In this document: piece after piece, positions 1 to 8,945 of the stretch
Layout of the letters: the number at the start of each line of letters is the position of its first letter
How positions within the stretch are numbered: the stretch's first letter is position 1
Source: an uncultured Gammaproteobacteria bacterium
GTDB lineage: Bacteria; Patescibacteriota; Patescibacteriia; UBA9934; GWF2-40-263
Reading direction: 5' to 3'
NCBI GenBank assembly: GCA_964373615.1
Contig: CAYJVP010000001.1
Location: forward strand, 1 to 27,914
DNA length: 27,914 bases
Position numbers and translations under genes: made by a program
The notes under the pieces: generated by a model
What the model was told of the DNA's origin: nothing
Databases searched by the model: none
Seen by the model: the letters and a program-made list of their open reading frames with translations, nothing else

Positions 1-152
1 CCCGCCCGAACCCCGCCCGGCAGCTGCCGGGCCTGTCCGACCGCCAGCCCGACAGAGTCATTCTGGCGGGGGTCATCCGGGCGGGCGGGTGTCGAAAGCC
101 GTAGTGAAGCTTAGCCAAAAAACCCTTCGACTCCGCTTCGCTCTGCTCAGGG
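1..152. repeat. Cluster of nested short palindromic (REP-like) repeats downstream of mrdA; probably cut by the window edge
   Basis: Inverted pairs cccgcccg 1-8 / cgggcggg 82-89, cccgcccgg 12-20 / ccgggcggg 77-85, ccgccag 41-47 / ctggcgg 63-69. Perfect 16-bp palindrome cccggcagctgccggg at 16-31. gtcgaaag 91-98 pairs with ccttcgac 124-131 (1 mismatch). cccttcgactccgct...tcaggg at 123-152. Confidence 0.8.
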
Positions 153-183
153 AATAACGTTTTTTGGTATTTTTTTCTACAGA

Positions 184-2118
184 CTAGCGCGCCCGCCGAT
201 GCTCTTCCCACCAGGCGAAGAGATCTTTTGCGATAGGAACGGCCACGGAAGACCCTTCCCCGCCTCGTTCGATGAGGATCGTTATGACAATCTCCGGATC
301 TTCATACGGTCCGAAGCCCGTGAACCACGCGTGGGTTGGTTCGTCGCCGCCTGTTTGCGCGGTTCCCGTTTTTCCCGCAACAGCAAACGGAAGGGCGTTC
401 AGACCCCGCGCGCTTCCCTGCGTGACGGTTTGGCGCATGCCTTCCGAAACAACGGCGATCGCGCGTTTGAGATCATCGGAAAGCTCCACGGACGCATGAG
501 CGGATGCCAACCCATTGACCGCGCGCACGACGGATGGCGCCCACCGTGTCCCGCCGTTTGCAATGGTTGCCGTTCCCACAGCCATCTGAATCGGCGTGAC
601 CAGGATATCCCCCTGTCCAATGGCGAGATGGTATGTGTCGCCCACGTACCACCGCTCGCCTTTGGTTTCCTCTTTCCATTTTTTTGACGGCAGAAATCCA
701 TCTGTCTCGCCGGGGAGATCGATGCCCGTTGGACTCCCAAAGCCGAAGGCGCGAGCGTAGGTGGTGATCCGCTCAACGCCAAGACCTTGAAAATCGTTAT
801 AGCCGCCGCCGATGGTGTAAAAAAAAGTGTTGACAGATTCCGCGATGGCCTTGCGCACGTCTGTGATGCCATGCCCCCCCGGTTTCCAGTCTGGAAAAAA
901 CCAAGGACCGACAGAGATGCCCCCAACGGAGAGAACGGACGTGGTTTCCGAGATGAGACCCTCCGCAAGCGCTGCGGCGGCAACAAACGGCTTAAAGGTT
1001 GAACCGGAAGGAAATTCGCCGGCAATGGCGCGTGGAAAAAGAGGCTCGTTGGGATCGCCAGTAAGATACGCGTAGGTTCGTGTGTCAATCCCCTTCGCAA
1101 AAACGTTGCTATCAAACGCGGGGAGGCTGACGAGGGCGAGGATTTCGCCTGTGCGTGGGTCCATCACGACCGCGCTGGCCTTTTGGGTTCCGGTTATGGC
1201 GAGCGTGTCCAACAATCGTTTCTCCAGCTCGACCTGAAGTTCAAGATCCAGAGAGAGCGTAACATCAGATCCATTGACCGGCGTGGTTTCCGCATAGATC
1301 GTCGTCTCCGCCCCATACGCATCGACCTCGATGAGTTTTTTCCCAGGGGTCCCGCGCAACACACTCTCCAGGCTTTTTTCCACCCCGGCTTTTCCGATTT
1401 CGTCCGTGCGCAGGTACCCCGCATCTCGAAGCATCTCATATTCCTCGACGCTCATTTTTCCCATGTATCCAAGGGTATGGGAAAGCGACGGAGCGCGAGA
1501 ATTGTACTGGCGTTTCGTCAAGATCTCAACGGAAAATCCGGGGAGACGGTATTCCTCAACGAGGGTGATCATCGCGTTCGTGTAGTCAAGATCTTTCTCC
1601 ACCACCACATCCTCACGGGGAGTATTGGCATATTCCTGGAGGAGAAGATCAAGGTCTGTCCGTTGCAAGCCGGCAAGATCCGCGACTCGGTCGAACACAT
1701 CTTGGCGTTGTGTTTCGTCTGTGGGGATGCGCGCGATATGCATGACAAGTGAGAAAGCCGGCACATTTTCAATAAGAATATCTCCAAAACGATCGGTCAC
1801 GGTTCCGCGCGTGGCCGGGATCACCTCGACGCGGAAACGATTTCCTTCGGCGATTTCTCGATAGAAACCACCCGTGAGAAGTTGGAGGTGGGCCGCACGT
1901 GCAACAAAAAGGACCACGACGACGGAGAGGAAGATAAACGCGACCCGAAAGCGTCTCACGGCAACCGTGGGACCCGAAGGGCGCGCCAGGGGCTGTGAGA
2001 GAATTGGGTCCGGATCAAGCAGGGACGCTTCCATGCGTTCCTCGCGATGTCGTGTGGAGAGACGGCCAATTTCATCGGTGAACCGGAAGAGGGGATTTTC
2101 CTTTTTAGAGCGTTTCAT
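184..2118 (-). CDS. mrdA: Penicillin-binding protein 2 (class B transpeptidase)
   Basis: N-terminal TM, PBP dimerisation region (RGTVTDRFG), SxxK (GSTFK), SxN (ESVN), KTG (GKTGT). Start moved to ATG 2118 (MKRSKK), which overlaps the mreD stop. Confidence 0.95.
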   Translation of the reverse strand: MKRSKKENPLFRFTDEIGRLSTRHREERMEASLLDPDPILSQPLARPSGPTVAVRRFRVAFIFLSVVVVLFVARAAHLQLLTGGFYREIAEGNRFRVEVIPATRGTVTDRFGDILIENVPAFSLVMHIARIPTDETQRQDVFDRVADLAGLQRTDLDLLLQEYANTPREDVVVEKDLDYTNAMITLVEEYRLPGFSVEILTKRQYNSRAPSLSHTLGYMGKMSVEEYEMLRDAGYLRTDEIGKAGVEKSLESVLRGTPGKKLIEVDAYGAETTIYAETTPVNGSDVTLSLDLELQVELEKRLLDTLAITGTQKASAVVMDPRTGEILALVSLPAFDSNVFAKGIDTRTYAYLTGDPNEPLFPRAIAGEFPSGSTFKPFVAAAALAEGLISETTSVLSVGGISVGPWFFPDWKPGGHGITDVRKAIAESVNTFFYTIGGGYNDFQGLGVERITTYARAFGFGSPTGIDLPGETDGFLPSKKWKEETKGERWYVGDTYHLAIGQGDILVTPIQMAVGTATIANGGTRWAPSVVRAVNGLASAHASVELSDDLKRAIAVVSEGMRQTVTQGSARGLNALPFAVAGKTGTAQTGGDEPTHAWFTGFGPYEDPEIVITILIERGGEGSSVAVPIAKDLFAWWEEHRRAR

Positions 2119-2641
2119 GGGTCGAGGGGTTGAAAAGGATCGGGCGCAAGGCGCGTCGAATCCGGCCTGACAGGAAGAAAAAAATTGTGATGAGACCAAA
2201 AAGAAGAAGCCCTTGCCAGAGAAGAACATCACGATACACGAGCCACGGGACCGCTTCGAGATTCTTTCTGTTGATCATCGCTAAGCCCAAGATGGTGAGG
2301 AGATGCCACGCTGTCCAGCTTGCAAGCGCGCAAGCGGCCACTCCATAGAGGGATCGGTTCGTAAAAACACGACGCGATACGATCCACGCACCGACGCCCA
2401 CAAAAAGAAGAATGGCCGTCTCTCCGGGGATGACACCAAGCTGCCAGAGATCCAAAAAGAGTCCGTAGCCAACGAGCCAGCCCACACCAACCCGAGACCC
2501 AAAGTGCTGGATGACGTACACCGCGCTCGCAAACACAAGCGGGAGGAAGCGCCAAGGGACTGGCCAGGCGCTCAAAAAGCTTGCCTCAAGGATGTAGAGG
2601 AGAAAAAAGAGAGCGATGGATGTCACAAGACGGAGTGTCAT
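2105..2641 (-). CDS. mreD: Rod shape-determining membrane protein MreD
   Basis: 178 aa, about 5 hydrophobic helices, GLFLDLW motif, lies between mreC and mrdA with overlapping stop/start codons. Confidence 0.75.
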   Translation of the reverse strand: MTLRLVTSIALFFLLYILEASFLSAWPVPWRFLPLVFASAVYVIQHFGSRVGVGWLVGYGLFLDLWQLGVIPGETAILLFVGVGAWIVSRRVFTNRSLYGVAACALASWTAWHLLTILGLAMINRKNLEAVPWLVYRDVLLWQGLLLFGLITIFFFLSGRIRRALRPILFNPSTHETL

Positions 2642-3435
2642 GGAAGGTACGGCACAAGGACAGAGACGATGGATGATTCGGTATGCTCAGCCATCGGTTC
2701 AACGCTCGCCTCCTGAAATGGAGCGGAGCGATCGTCTGTCACCCGATTGACCACACCAATCACGAGGCCTGATGGAATACCCTCTTCGAGCCCAGACGTC
2801 ACCACAAGATTATTAACGTAAACGGCCTCGTCTTGAGGAATAAACCGAAGCGTCAGAAGTGAGCCGCCCGTTCCCTCAACGATTCCGAGCGTCCGCGAGC
2901 TTGTGAGAACAGAAGAGGCTACTTTTGAATGTGGATCCGTCAGGGCCAGAGCCATAGAGGTCACGCGGCCGACCTCAATAATCTTTCCGATCAAGACGCC
3001 GTCCCGCACGATCACGGGAGCGCCAACCCGAACCCCGTCATCGCTTCCGCGATCGAGGATAAATGTCGCGCGAAGAGGATTGCTTGAGCGCATGATCACC
3101 CGGCCGGTCACATGCGTAACTGACTGACGCTCGATAAATCCAAGTTGGGCTTTCACGTCGGCGTTTTCTTGTCGCAGGGCTTCCCATTCAACGCGATCAA
3201 AAGCAAGAGCCGTGAGCTGTTCTTTGAGCCGCGCATTTTCCCCACGAACCGATTCGGGTGCGCGGAAAAATTGGGACCACCACGCGCCGAGCTCAACGCC
3301 CGCCCTCGCAAACGGAGCCAGCACGAAAGGGGAAAAGCGTGGAAAGAAGAAAGAAACGGTGAGGAGAATCGCGGCGATTCCCATCACACCGACAAACATT
3401 TTGAAAACCCGTTGCCACGGAAGCTTTTTTCGCAT
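2638..3435 (-). CDS. mreC: Rod shape-determining protein MreC
   Basis: TM, coiled coil (ENARLKEQL...LRQEN), LDRGSDDGVRVG, VVTSGLEEGIPSGLVIG; follows mreB. Confidence 0.95.
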   Translation of the reverse strand: MRKKLPWQRVFKMFVGVMGIAAILLTVSFFFPRFSPFVLAPFARAGVELGAWWSQFFRAPESVRGENARLKEQLTALAFDRVEWEALRQENADVKAQLGFIERQSVTHVTGRVIMRSSNPLRATFILDRGSDDGVRVGAPVIVRDGVLIGKIIEVGRVTSMALALTDPHSKVASSVLTSSRTLGIVEGTGGSLLTLRFIPQDEAVYVNNLVVTSGLEEGIPSGLVIGVVNRVTDDRSAPFQEASVEPMAEHTESSIVSVLVPYLP

Positions 3436-3474
3436 AGAGGCGACGAAAATCCATCAGTTTTTCAGGGGTCCCCG

Positions 3475-4527
3475 TTAGATGATGCCGCCGTCGCGGGATG
3501 ATGGCAGAGTCACATCTCGAAGCAAAGGTTCGTTGTCAAGAAGCGCTCCCGCGCCACGCACCACACACGTTAAGGGGTCGTCGGCAACGCGCACCGGAAT
3601 CGACGTTTCGGTCGAAAGCAACTTGTCGAATCCCCGCAGGAGAGACCCGCCTCCGGCAAGGACGATGCCGCGTTCATAAATGTCTGCCACGAGCTCAGGC
3701 GGGGTGACCTCGAGGGTTGCCTTTACGTTCTCCACAATGTTGCGAATGGACCGATAGAGCGCTTCGCGGATTTGTGAGTCGTTTACGATGATTTCCTTTG
3801 GTAATCCCGTCAGAAGATCGCGTCCGCGCATCTCCATTTCTAGGGGCTCCTCCAGCCCGGCAGCGCTGCCGATACGGATTTTAACAAGCTCGGCATTGCG
3901 CTCGCCAAGGAGCAGATTGAACACCTCGCGACTGTAGGTCACAATGTTTCGATCGAGTTCGGCGCCAGCCATGGGCAGAGATTTCCAGGTCACAACACCG
4001 GCCAGAGAAATGACCGCGATATCCGTGGTGCCCCCACCCACGTCCACGATCATCGTTCCGATTGATTCCTGCACGGGAAGCCGCGCGCCAATGGCGGCAA
4101 GCATGGGTTCTTCTACCAGGAAGACCTCGCGCGCTCCAGCGGACAAAACAGCGTCCTCGACCGCTTTTCTCTCCACCTCCGTAATTTCAGGAGGAACACC
4201 GATCACGACACGCGGTCGTGGTAAAAAGGTCCGTGATTCCTGATGCACTTTATCAATAAAATATTTGAGCATCTTTTCCGCAACCTCGAAATCAGAAATG
4301 ACGCCCTTGATCAGCGGTTTGATGATCTGTAGATGCGGGGGCGTTTTCCCAAGCATGTCCCGCGCGTCTCGACCAACGGCTAAAATTTGATCCGTGCGTG
4401 TATTGATGGCCACCACGGATGGTTCTTGAATCAAAATTCCCTTGTCTTTGACAAAGACAAGCGTGTTGGCGGTCCCAAGGTCAATGCCCAGGTCTTTCGA
4501 AAACTTTCCAAGGAGGCGGTTTAGCAT
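3475..4527 (-). CDS. mreB: Actin-like rod shape protein MreB
   Basis: GIDLGTANT, EEPMLAAIGA, VDVGGGTTD, LAGGGSLL. Confidence 0.98.
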   Translation of the reverse strand: MLNRLLGKFSKDLGIDLGTANTLVFVKDKGILIQEPSVVAINTRTDQILAVGRDARDMLGKTPPHLQIIKPLIKGVISDFEVAEKMLKYFIDKVHQESRTFLPRPRVVIGVPPEITEVERKAVEDAVLSAGAREVFLVEEPMLAAIGARLPVQESIGTMIVDVGGGTTDIAVISLAGVVTWKSLPMAGAELDRNIVTYSREVFNLLLGERNAELVKIRIGSAAGLEEPLEMEMRGRDLLTGLPKEIIVNDSQIREALYRSIRNIVENVKATLEVTPPELVADIYERGIVLAGGGSLLRGFDKLLSTETSIPVRVADDPLTCVVRGAGALLDNEPLLRDVTLPSSRDGGII

Positions 4528-4553
4528 GGGAAGATGATATCGCTCAGGCCATC

Positions 4554-4582
4554 ATCTTACCGAAGCGCGCACGGAGAATCAA
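4554..4582 (-). promoter_or_regulatory. Putative sigma70 promoter of the mreBCD-mrdA operon
   Basis: Minus strand TTGATT-17 nt-TAAGAT, ending 26 nt upstream of the mreB ATG. Confidence 0.55.
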
Positions 4583-4638
4583 GTGAGACCTTGGATACTC
4601 CTTGTGTTCAAAGCGCCTTTAGAGGGTCTATAGACCCA

Positions 4639-5028
4639 TTATGGGCGGGGCCGCGGCCGTCGAGATGCAAGAAACGCCAACTCAAGCAGACTGAGTGCGG
4701 CAACGAGCAGAATGATATTCCAACCACCAAGAAGATTTTTTCCGAGCAAAACAAGGGCGGCAACGAACAGAAGAGAGAGGAGAACGGACTGACGGAACGA
4801 GACCGAAACCTGGCGTGAGATGAGGTCGTCACGTCGAAAAATTCTGCGCACGGCCGTTCCCAGGATCGTTAATGTCCCCACGATCGCGACAGCAAAGGTG
4901 AGGTAAAAAAAGATAAATCCAGGTGGTCCTGCCACGGTCGGATCAATGCTTACTATCACGTATATCCACGCAGCCCAGACGGTGAGCGTGGCCACGCACA
5001 TCACGACAAGAAAATGACGAAAGGTCAT
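4639..5028 (-). CDS. Hypothetical membrane protein with about 4 TM helices
   Basis: 129 aa, four hydrophobic segments, basic C-terminus, extended -10 upstream; fits gene tiling. Confidence 0.8.
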   Translation of the reverse strand: MTFRHFLVVMCVATLTVWAAWIYVIVSIDPTVAGPPGFIFFYLTFAVAIVGTLTILGTAVRRIFRRDDLISRQVSVSFRQSVLLSLLFVAALVLLGKNLLGGWNIILLVAALSLLELAFLASRRPRPRP

Positions 5029-5031
5029 ACC

Positions 5032-5352
5032 TCAAAACATTCTATCACGAAAGTCGGTCACGAGTCGCGTTTGGACGCGACGCAGGGCCGCATCGGGAAC
5101 GCTTTTCTGAAGAGCACGTATCAAGTCCTCTGCGCGTCCGAGAATGAAGTCCGCGACGGATCCGCTCCGGCACTCTATGATGAGCGTTCCGTCGCGAAAG
5201 GAAAGAATACGAGCGTCTCCCGGTCGATGCGACGGCAAAATGGTCAAAAGGAGCTCGGAAGCGGCATCGACAACAAAGGCGGCCTCCACTTGCCGTGAGT
5301 GGCGTCCTCTCCTCACGGCTCCAGGCAGAAGATCTTTCAGTGAATGAAACAT
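5032..5352 (-). CDS. dciA: DUF721-family protein, likely DciA helicase operator
   Basis: 106 aa with SLKDLL N-terminus and 'ILSFRDGTLIIECRSGSVADFI...EDLIRAL' KH-like DUF721 pattern; begins 3 nt after the helicase stop. Confidence 0.65.
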   Translation of the reverse strand: MFHSLKDLLPGAVRRGRHSRQVEAAFVVDAASELLLTILPSHRPGDARILSFRDGTLIIECRSGSVADFILGRAEDLIRALQKSVPDAALRRVQTRLVTDFRDRMF

Positions 5353-5355
5353 ATC

Positions 5356-8292
5356 CTAGCCATCTTGGCGAAACTCACAGATGTCCCGAAAATCACAAAA
5401 TCGACACCAAAAGCCTGGCATGGCTTCAAATCGGCTCGTTTTCATTCTGTTCACGACATCAAGAACATTTTCTTTCAACGCGCTGATTTCCTCTCTGGAA
5501 CCAATGAAGCTCTGTTGAGAGTGGTCATCAAGGTAATGGTAGGTGAGCTTCACGGGTTTCAAACCAAGCACCTCCTCCGCCGCGATTTGGTAAAGCAATA
5601 ATTGTTCTTTATCGTCGCCCTCGAGCTTTTGTTTTGGCGCCCCGGTTTTGTAATCAATAATCTCCACCCCATCCTCCTCGTCGTCGATGCGATCCATGCG
5701 ACCCTTTATGGTGACGGAACCAATTTTACAGGTGAACCCCTGCTCAATCGCCCGTGGCCGTGGCGGGTGTTCTGTCAGGATCCGATGATAGGTTGTGAGA
5801 GACTCCCTTCCCTTTTTGCGGTATTCTTCCCGCGTGCGATCGTCTGGGTACCAATCGTCAATCCATTTCTCTCTGAAAATTTTTAGAATTTCGTCCACGG
5901 ATGGCATCGCAGACGTTTCCTCCGAGGTCATGGACGAGAAGAGACCTTGTTGAACCTTTCCCGTTCGCTCCATGATGAGGCGAAACCACTCTTGAAGCGT
6001 ATGGTGCATGGTTTTACCGAAGGAAAGGGTCCAGGATTCGAACACAGGAATCTTGAGGATATGCGCGAACTTGTACTGAAGGGGGCACATGGAAAAGGCA
6101 CGCAGTTGCGTGAAGCTGAATTGTTTGGGTAATTCATGTATCGGTTCTTCGGTCGGCGGATGCGCGGGTTCAACCAGAAGAGATTCCTCTGCCGTTTTCG
6201 ATCGATGCACCGATGGCGCGATGTTGAGCTCCACAAGAAAACGTGACGGTTTTTTCTTTCGCGCCCCCCCGTAGGTTTCGGCGGAGGTGAAAAAGAGCGC
6301 GTCTTTTGCGCGGGTCATGGCAACATAGAACAAACGCCGCTCTTCTTCAAGGTGAAGGTCGCCGGCCGGAACGATCTCCTTGACAAGCGCGTCAGGAAGT
6401 TCTATCGCTTCCCTGCGCTCGCTTGTGGGAAATCGTCGATCCACCATGTTGACCACGAAAACAAAACGAAATTCAAGCCCTTTTGCGCTGTGAACGGTCA
6501 TGATCCGAACGAGGTCCGGACCGGCCTCGGGATCGAGAGACAGGGAGCCCTCCTCGCCGGCATCACGCTCATGGGCGAATTCTTCCAGGAACGCATGCAG
6601 ACACCGATCATCCTTGCGATCCTCGAAACGTTTCACGCGTTCATAAAACTGTCTCAAAAAATGAAAGTCGTTCTGCTTGCGTGCTTCCGGGTGATGGTTC
6701 ACGTATTCCATAAGCCCGGTTTCTTGCGCGGCAAGGAGCATCATTTCAGAGGCTGTGCGCGTTTTCGCGTCTTGCGTGAGTTTTTCAATGCGCGCAAGAA
6801 GCGTCTCGATCGAAGAGACGACACGCTCCGAAAGACCGCTGACAGAGCGCGCCTGGCGACAAATTTCATACAGTGTTTTCCCCTTTCTTTTTGCCTCGTG
6901 GGTCAGCGTTACAAGTTCGTGTGGCGGGATTCCTTCCATGGGATGTGAAAGGACGCGATAGAGGCTCGGGCTATCGTACGGTCGGTCGATCACGCGAAGG
7001 ATGGCGAGGATGTCTACGACAACGGGCTTCACGTACAATCCACGCAGCGCCATAAATTGGTAGGGGATGCTGGCATGCTCACACGCCTCCACGAAGGCTT
7101 GGGCCGCACGGTTGGCACGCACGAGGATTCCAACGTCACTCCAACTGGCATCGGGATAGCGCTCCTTCAACGCGAGAATTTTTTCGCAGACGCCGCGTGT
7201 TTCCTCCTCCAGAGTCGCAAAGTGCAGATGTTCGACCGTTCCCTCCAGGCCGCGCTCGGATGTCAGGCGTTTGGAAAGCGTCGTTTCCGACGACATCGCT
7301 CGACCCTCGAGTCGATTTGGATTGTTCCTCTGAATGAAGGTGTACGCTTGATCGAGGATTTTTTGTCCCGAGCGGTAGTTCTTTGTCAGGACAACTTTTG
7401 TGCATGTTGGATAATCTGACTCAAACTGCAAAATGTTTGAGAGGGACGCGCCGCGAAACTTATAGATGGACTGGTCATCGTCGCCGACAACGGTGAGATT
7501 GTGGTTGGGCGCCGCCAGGCGTTTGACGAGTTCGTACTGAGCCCAATTTGTGTCTTGAAATTCATCAACAAGGATGTAGCGAAACTGTTCTCGCAGGGCG
7601 GTGAGGACGCGTGGGCGTTTCTCAATGAGTCGGAGCGCGTACAGAACCAGATCGCCAAAATCGAGAGCGTCATGCTCTAAGAGGATCTGTTGATAGGTGT
7701 GATAAGCGCCGGCCAGTTCGCGCAGGCGCATGCCCTCTGTTTGAGGATCTTGATCTGCCTGGGCGCCGTCGCGATTGGCCATTTCACGTTCCGCATAGGC
7801 AAGGTAGTCATCTGGCTCAACCAGTTCGTCCTTTGCGCGCGAAAAATGCGCCAGCAACGATTTCATGTGCTTGGTGGGGTTGCCAAGGGGCCGATAGTAG
7901 TCAAGGGCGAAACGATCAAGATGTTGTCGGGCGAGCAACCATGCGTCGAGCTCGTTCACAAGGAGAAAGTCGCGAGAAAGTCCGATCTCCGCTCCCCAAT
8001 CCCGAAGCACGCGCTCACAAAACGCATGGAAGGTCGAGATCGGCAGATCGACGTATCCATACGGCAAGAGAATGTCCACACGCTCTTCCATTTCGGCGGC
8101 TGCCTTTTCCGTAAAGGTGAGGGCGAGAATGTTTTCTGGAGCGGCCAATTTTTGCTCAATGAGCCACCCGATGCGGTGCGTGATCACCGTTGTCTTCCCG
8201 GTTCCCGCTCCGGCGATAATCATGAGAGGGCCCTCACGATGGGTGACGGCCTTGACCTGCTCTTTATTGAGATGTTCGAGAAGGTTTTCCAT
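5356..8292 (-). CDS. UvrD/PcrA-type SF1 helicase fused to a C-terminal PD-(D/E)XK nuclease with an Fe-S staple (AdnB/AddA-like)
   Basis: AGAGTGKT, LVDEFQD, VGDDDQSIYKFRGA, TVHSAKGLEF, EERRLFYVAMTRAK; nuclease GRMDRID...IIDYKTG...QLLLY; Cys in CPLQY and CRFCDFRDIC. Start moved to ATG 8292 (MENLL), preceded by AAAGGAGT. Confidence 0.92.
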   Translation of the reverse strand: MENLLEHLNKEQVKAVTHREGPLMIIAGAGTGKTTVITHRIGWLIEQKLAAPENILALTFTEKAAAEMEERVDILLPYGYVDLPISTFHAFCERVLRDWGAEIGLSRDFLLVNELDAWLLARQHLDRFALDYYRPLGNPTKHMKSLLAHFSRAKDELVEPDDYLAYAEREMANRDGAQADQDPQTEGMRLRELAGAYHTYQQILLEHDALDFGDLVLYALRLIEKRPRVLTALREQFRYILVDEFQDTNWAQYELVKRLAAPNHNLTVVGDDDQSIYKFRGASLSNILQFESDYPTCTKVVLTKNYRSGQKILDQAYTFIQRNNPNRLEGRAMSSETTLSKRLTSERGLEGTVEHLHFATLEEETRGVCEKILALKERYPDASWSDVGILVRANRAAQAFVEACEHASIPYQFMALRGLYVKPVVVDILAILRVIDRPYDSPSLYRVLSHPMEGIPPHELVTLTHEAKRKGKTLYEICRQARSVSGLSERVVSSIETLLARIEKLTQDAKTRTASEMMLLAAQETGLMEYVNHHPEARKQNDFHFLRQFYERVKRFEDRKDDRCLHAFLEEFAHERDAGEEGSLSLDPEAGPDLVRIMTVHSAKGLEFRFVFVVNMVDRRFPTSERREAIELPDALVKEIVPAGDLHLEEERRLFYVAMTRAKDALFFTSAETYGGARKKKPSRFLVELNIAPSVHRSKTAEESLLVEPAHPPTEEPIHELPKQFSFTQLRAFSMCPLQYKFAHILKIPVFESWTLSFGKTMHHTLQEWFRLIMERTGKVQQGLFSSMTSEETSAMPSVDEILKIFREKWIDDWYPDDRTREEYRKKGRESLTTYHRILTEHPPRPRAIEQGFTCKIGSVTIKGRMDRIDDEEDGVEIIDYKTGAPKQKLEGDDKEQLLLYQIAAEEVLGLKPVKLTYHYLDDHSQQSFIGSREEISALKENVLDVVNRMKTSRFEAMPGFWCRFCDFRDICEFRQDG

Positions 8293-8869
8293 ACTCCTTT
8301 CCCCACCGGACGATGAGGGCGTGGTATTCGTTGAACAGTTTGGGATCTTGCGGAAGGGAGGTCTCGAAAAATTCTCGGATCTCGTCTGCATCAGCCTCGG
8401 AGAGCGTCTCGTGGCCGTGGAACGTCAGAAACCTCCTTGTGTACGCGTCAACGACAAATACGGGCTGCTCAAAGGCGTACAAGAGAATCGAATCCGCTGT
8501 CTCGCGTCCAATCCCCCAGAGATTCAATAATACCTCTCGGGTCGGGGGACGCTGCCATGTTTCAAAAGCGCGTGCAAGGATCTTTAGTTTTTTCGCCTTC
8601 TGGTTGTAGTATCCAGCCGGACGAATAAGAGATCGGAGGGTCTTTGGATGCACGTTTTTTACAGACAGGGCATCAAGGCATCGGGCCCGATAGAGCGCTT
8701 CCACCGCTTTCTCCACATTTATCCATGCTGTGTTTTGCGTCAACACCGCCCCGACCATGACCTCAAAGGGCGGGTCAAATCCTGGTCGCCTGCGTCCAGA
8801 GTGACGAGGCCACCAGTGCTGCGGCCCATAGCGTGAGAGGAGCTCTTCGTAGGCAGACATCGCGTCCAT
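8264..8869 (-). CDS. HhH-GPD base-excision glycosylase (endonuclease III-related, COG2231-like)
   Basis: WWP, VGAVLTQNTAW, AGYYNQKA, HhH LWGIGRETAD, VVDAY. No C-terminal Cys cluster. Start taken as ATG 8869. Confidence 0.88.
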   Translation of the reverse strand: MDAMSAYEELLSRYGPQHWWPRHSGRRRPGFDPPFEVMVGAVLTQNTAWINVEKAVEALYRARCLDALSVKNVHPKTLRSLIRPAGYYNQKAKKLKILARAFETWQRPPTREVLLNLWGIGRETADSILLYAFEQPVFVVDAYTRRFLTFHGHETLSEADADEIREFFETSLPQDPKLFNEYHALIVRWGKEYGKPSRTSQ

Positions 8870-8887
8870 AGAGGAAGTATTGTACAC

Positions 8888-8926
8888 AGAACAACGAAAC
8901 ACCGCACGTTTAGAGACGTGCGGTGT
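8888..8926 (-). terminator. Probable intrinsic terminator of the infA...rpsI operon
   Basis: Perfect 11-bp stem acaccgcacgt (8899-8909) / acgtgcggtgt (8916-8926), 6-nt loop, followed on the minus strand by T-rich TTCGTTGTTCT; about 20 nt after the rpsI stop. Confidence 0.75.
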
Positions 8927-8945
8927 CGATGGTGGTGAGTGATGC

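Noticed and set aside
1-152. Possible CRISPR array or tRNA at the window start
   Set aside because: The repeats are inverted and nested, not regularly spaced direct repeats with unique spacers; no cas genes; no cloverleaf or T-loop context around ttcgact.
5356-6200. Cas4-like Fe-S nuclease domain suggesting CRISPR adaptation
   Set aside because: It is the fused C-terminal domain of a UvrD helicase, as in AddA/AdnB-type proteins; no cas1/cas2 or array present.
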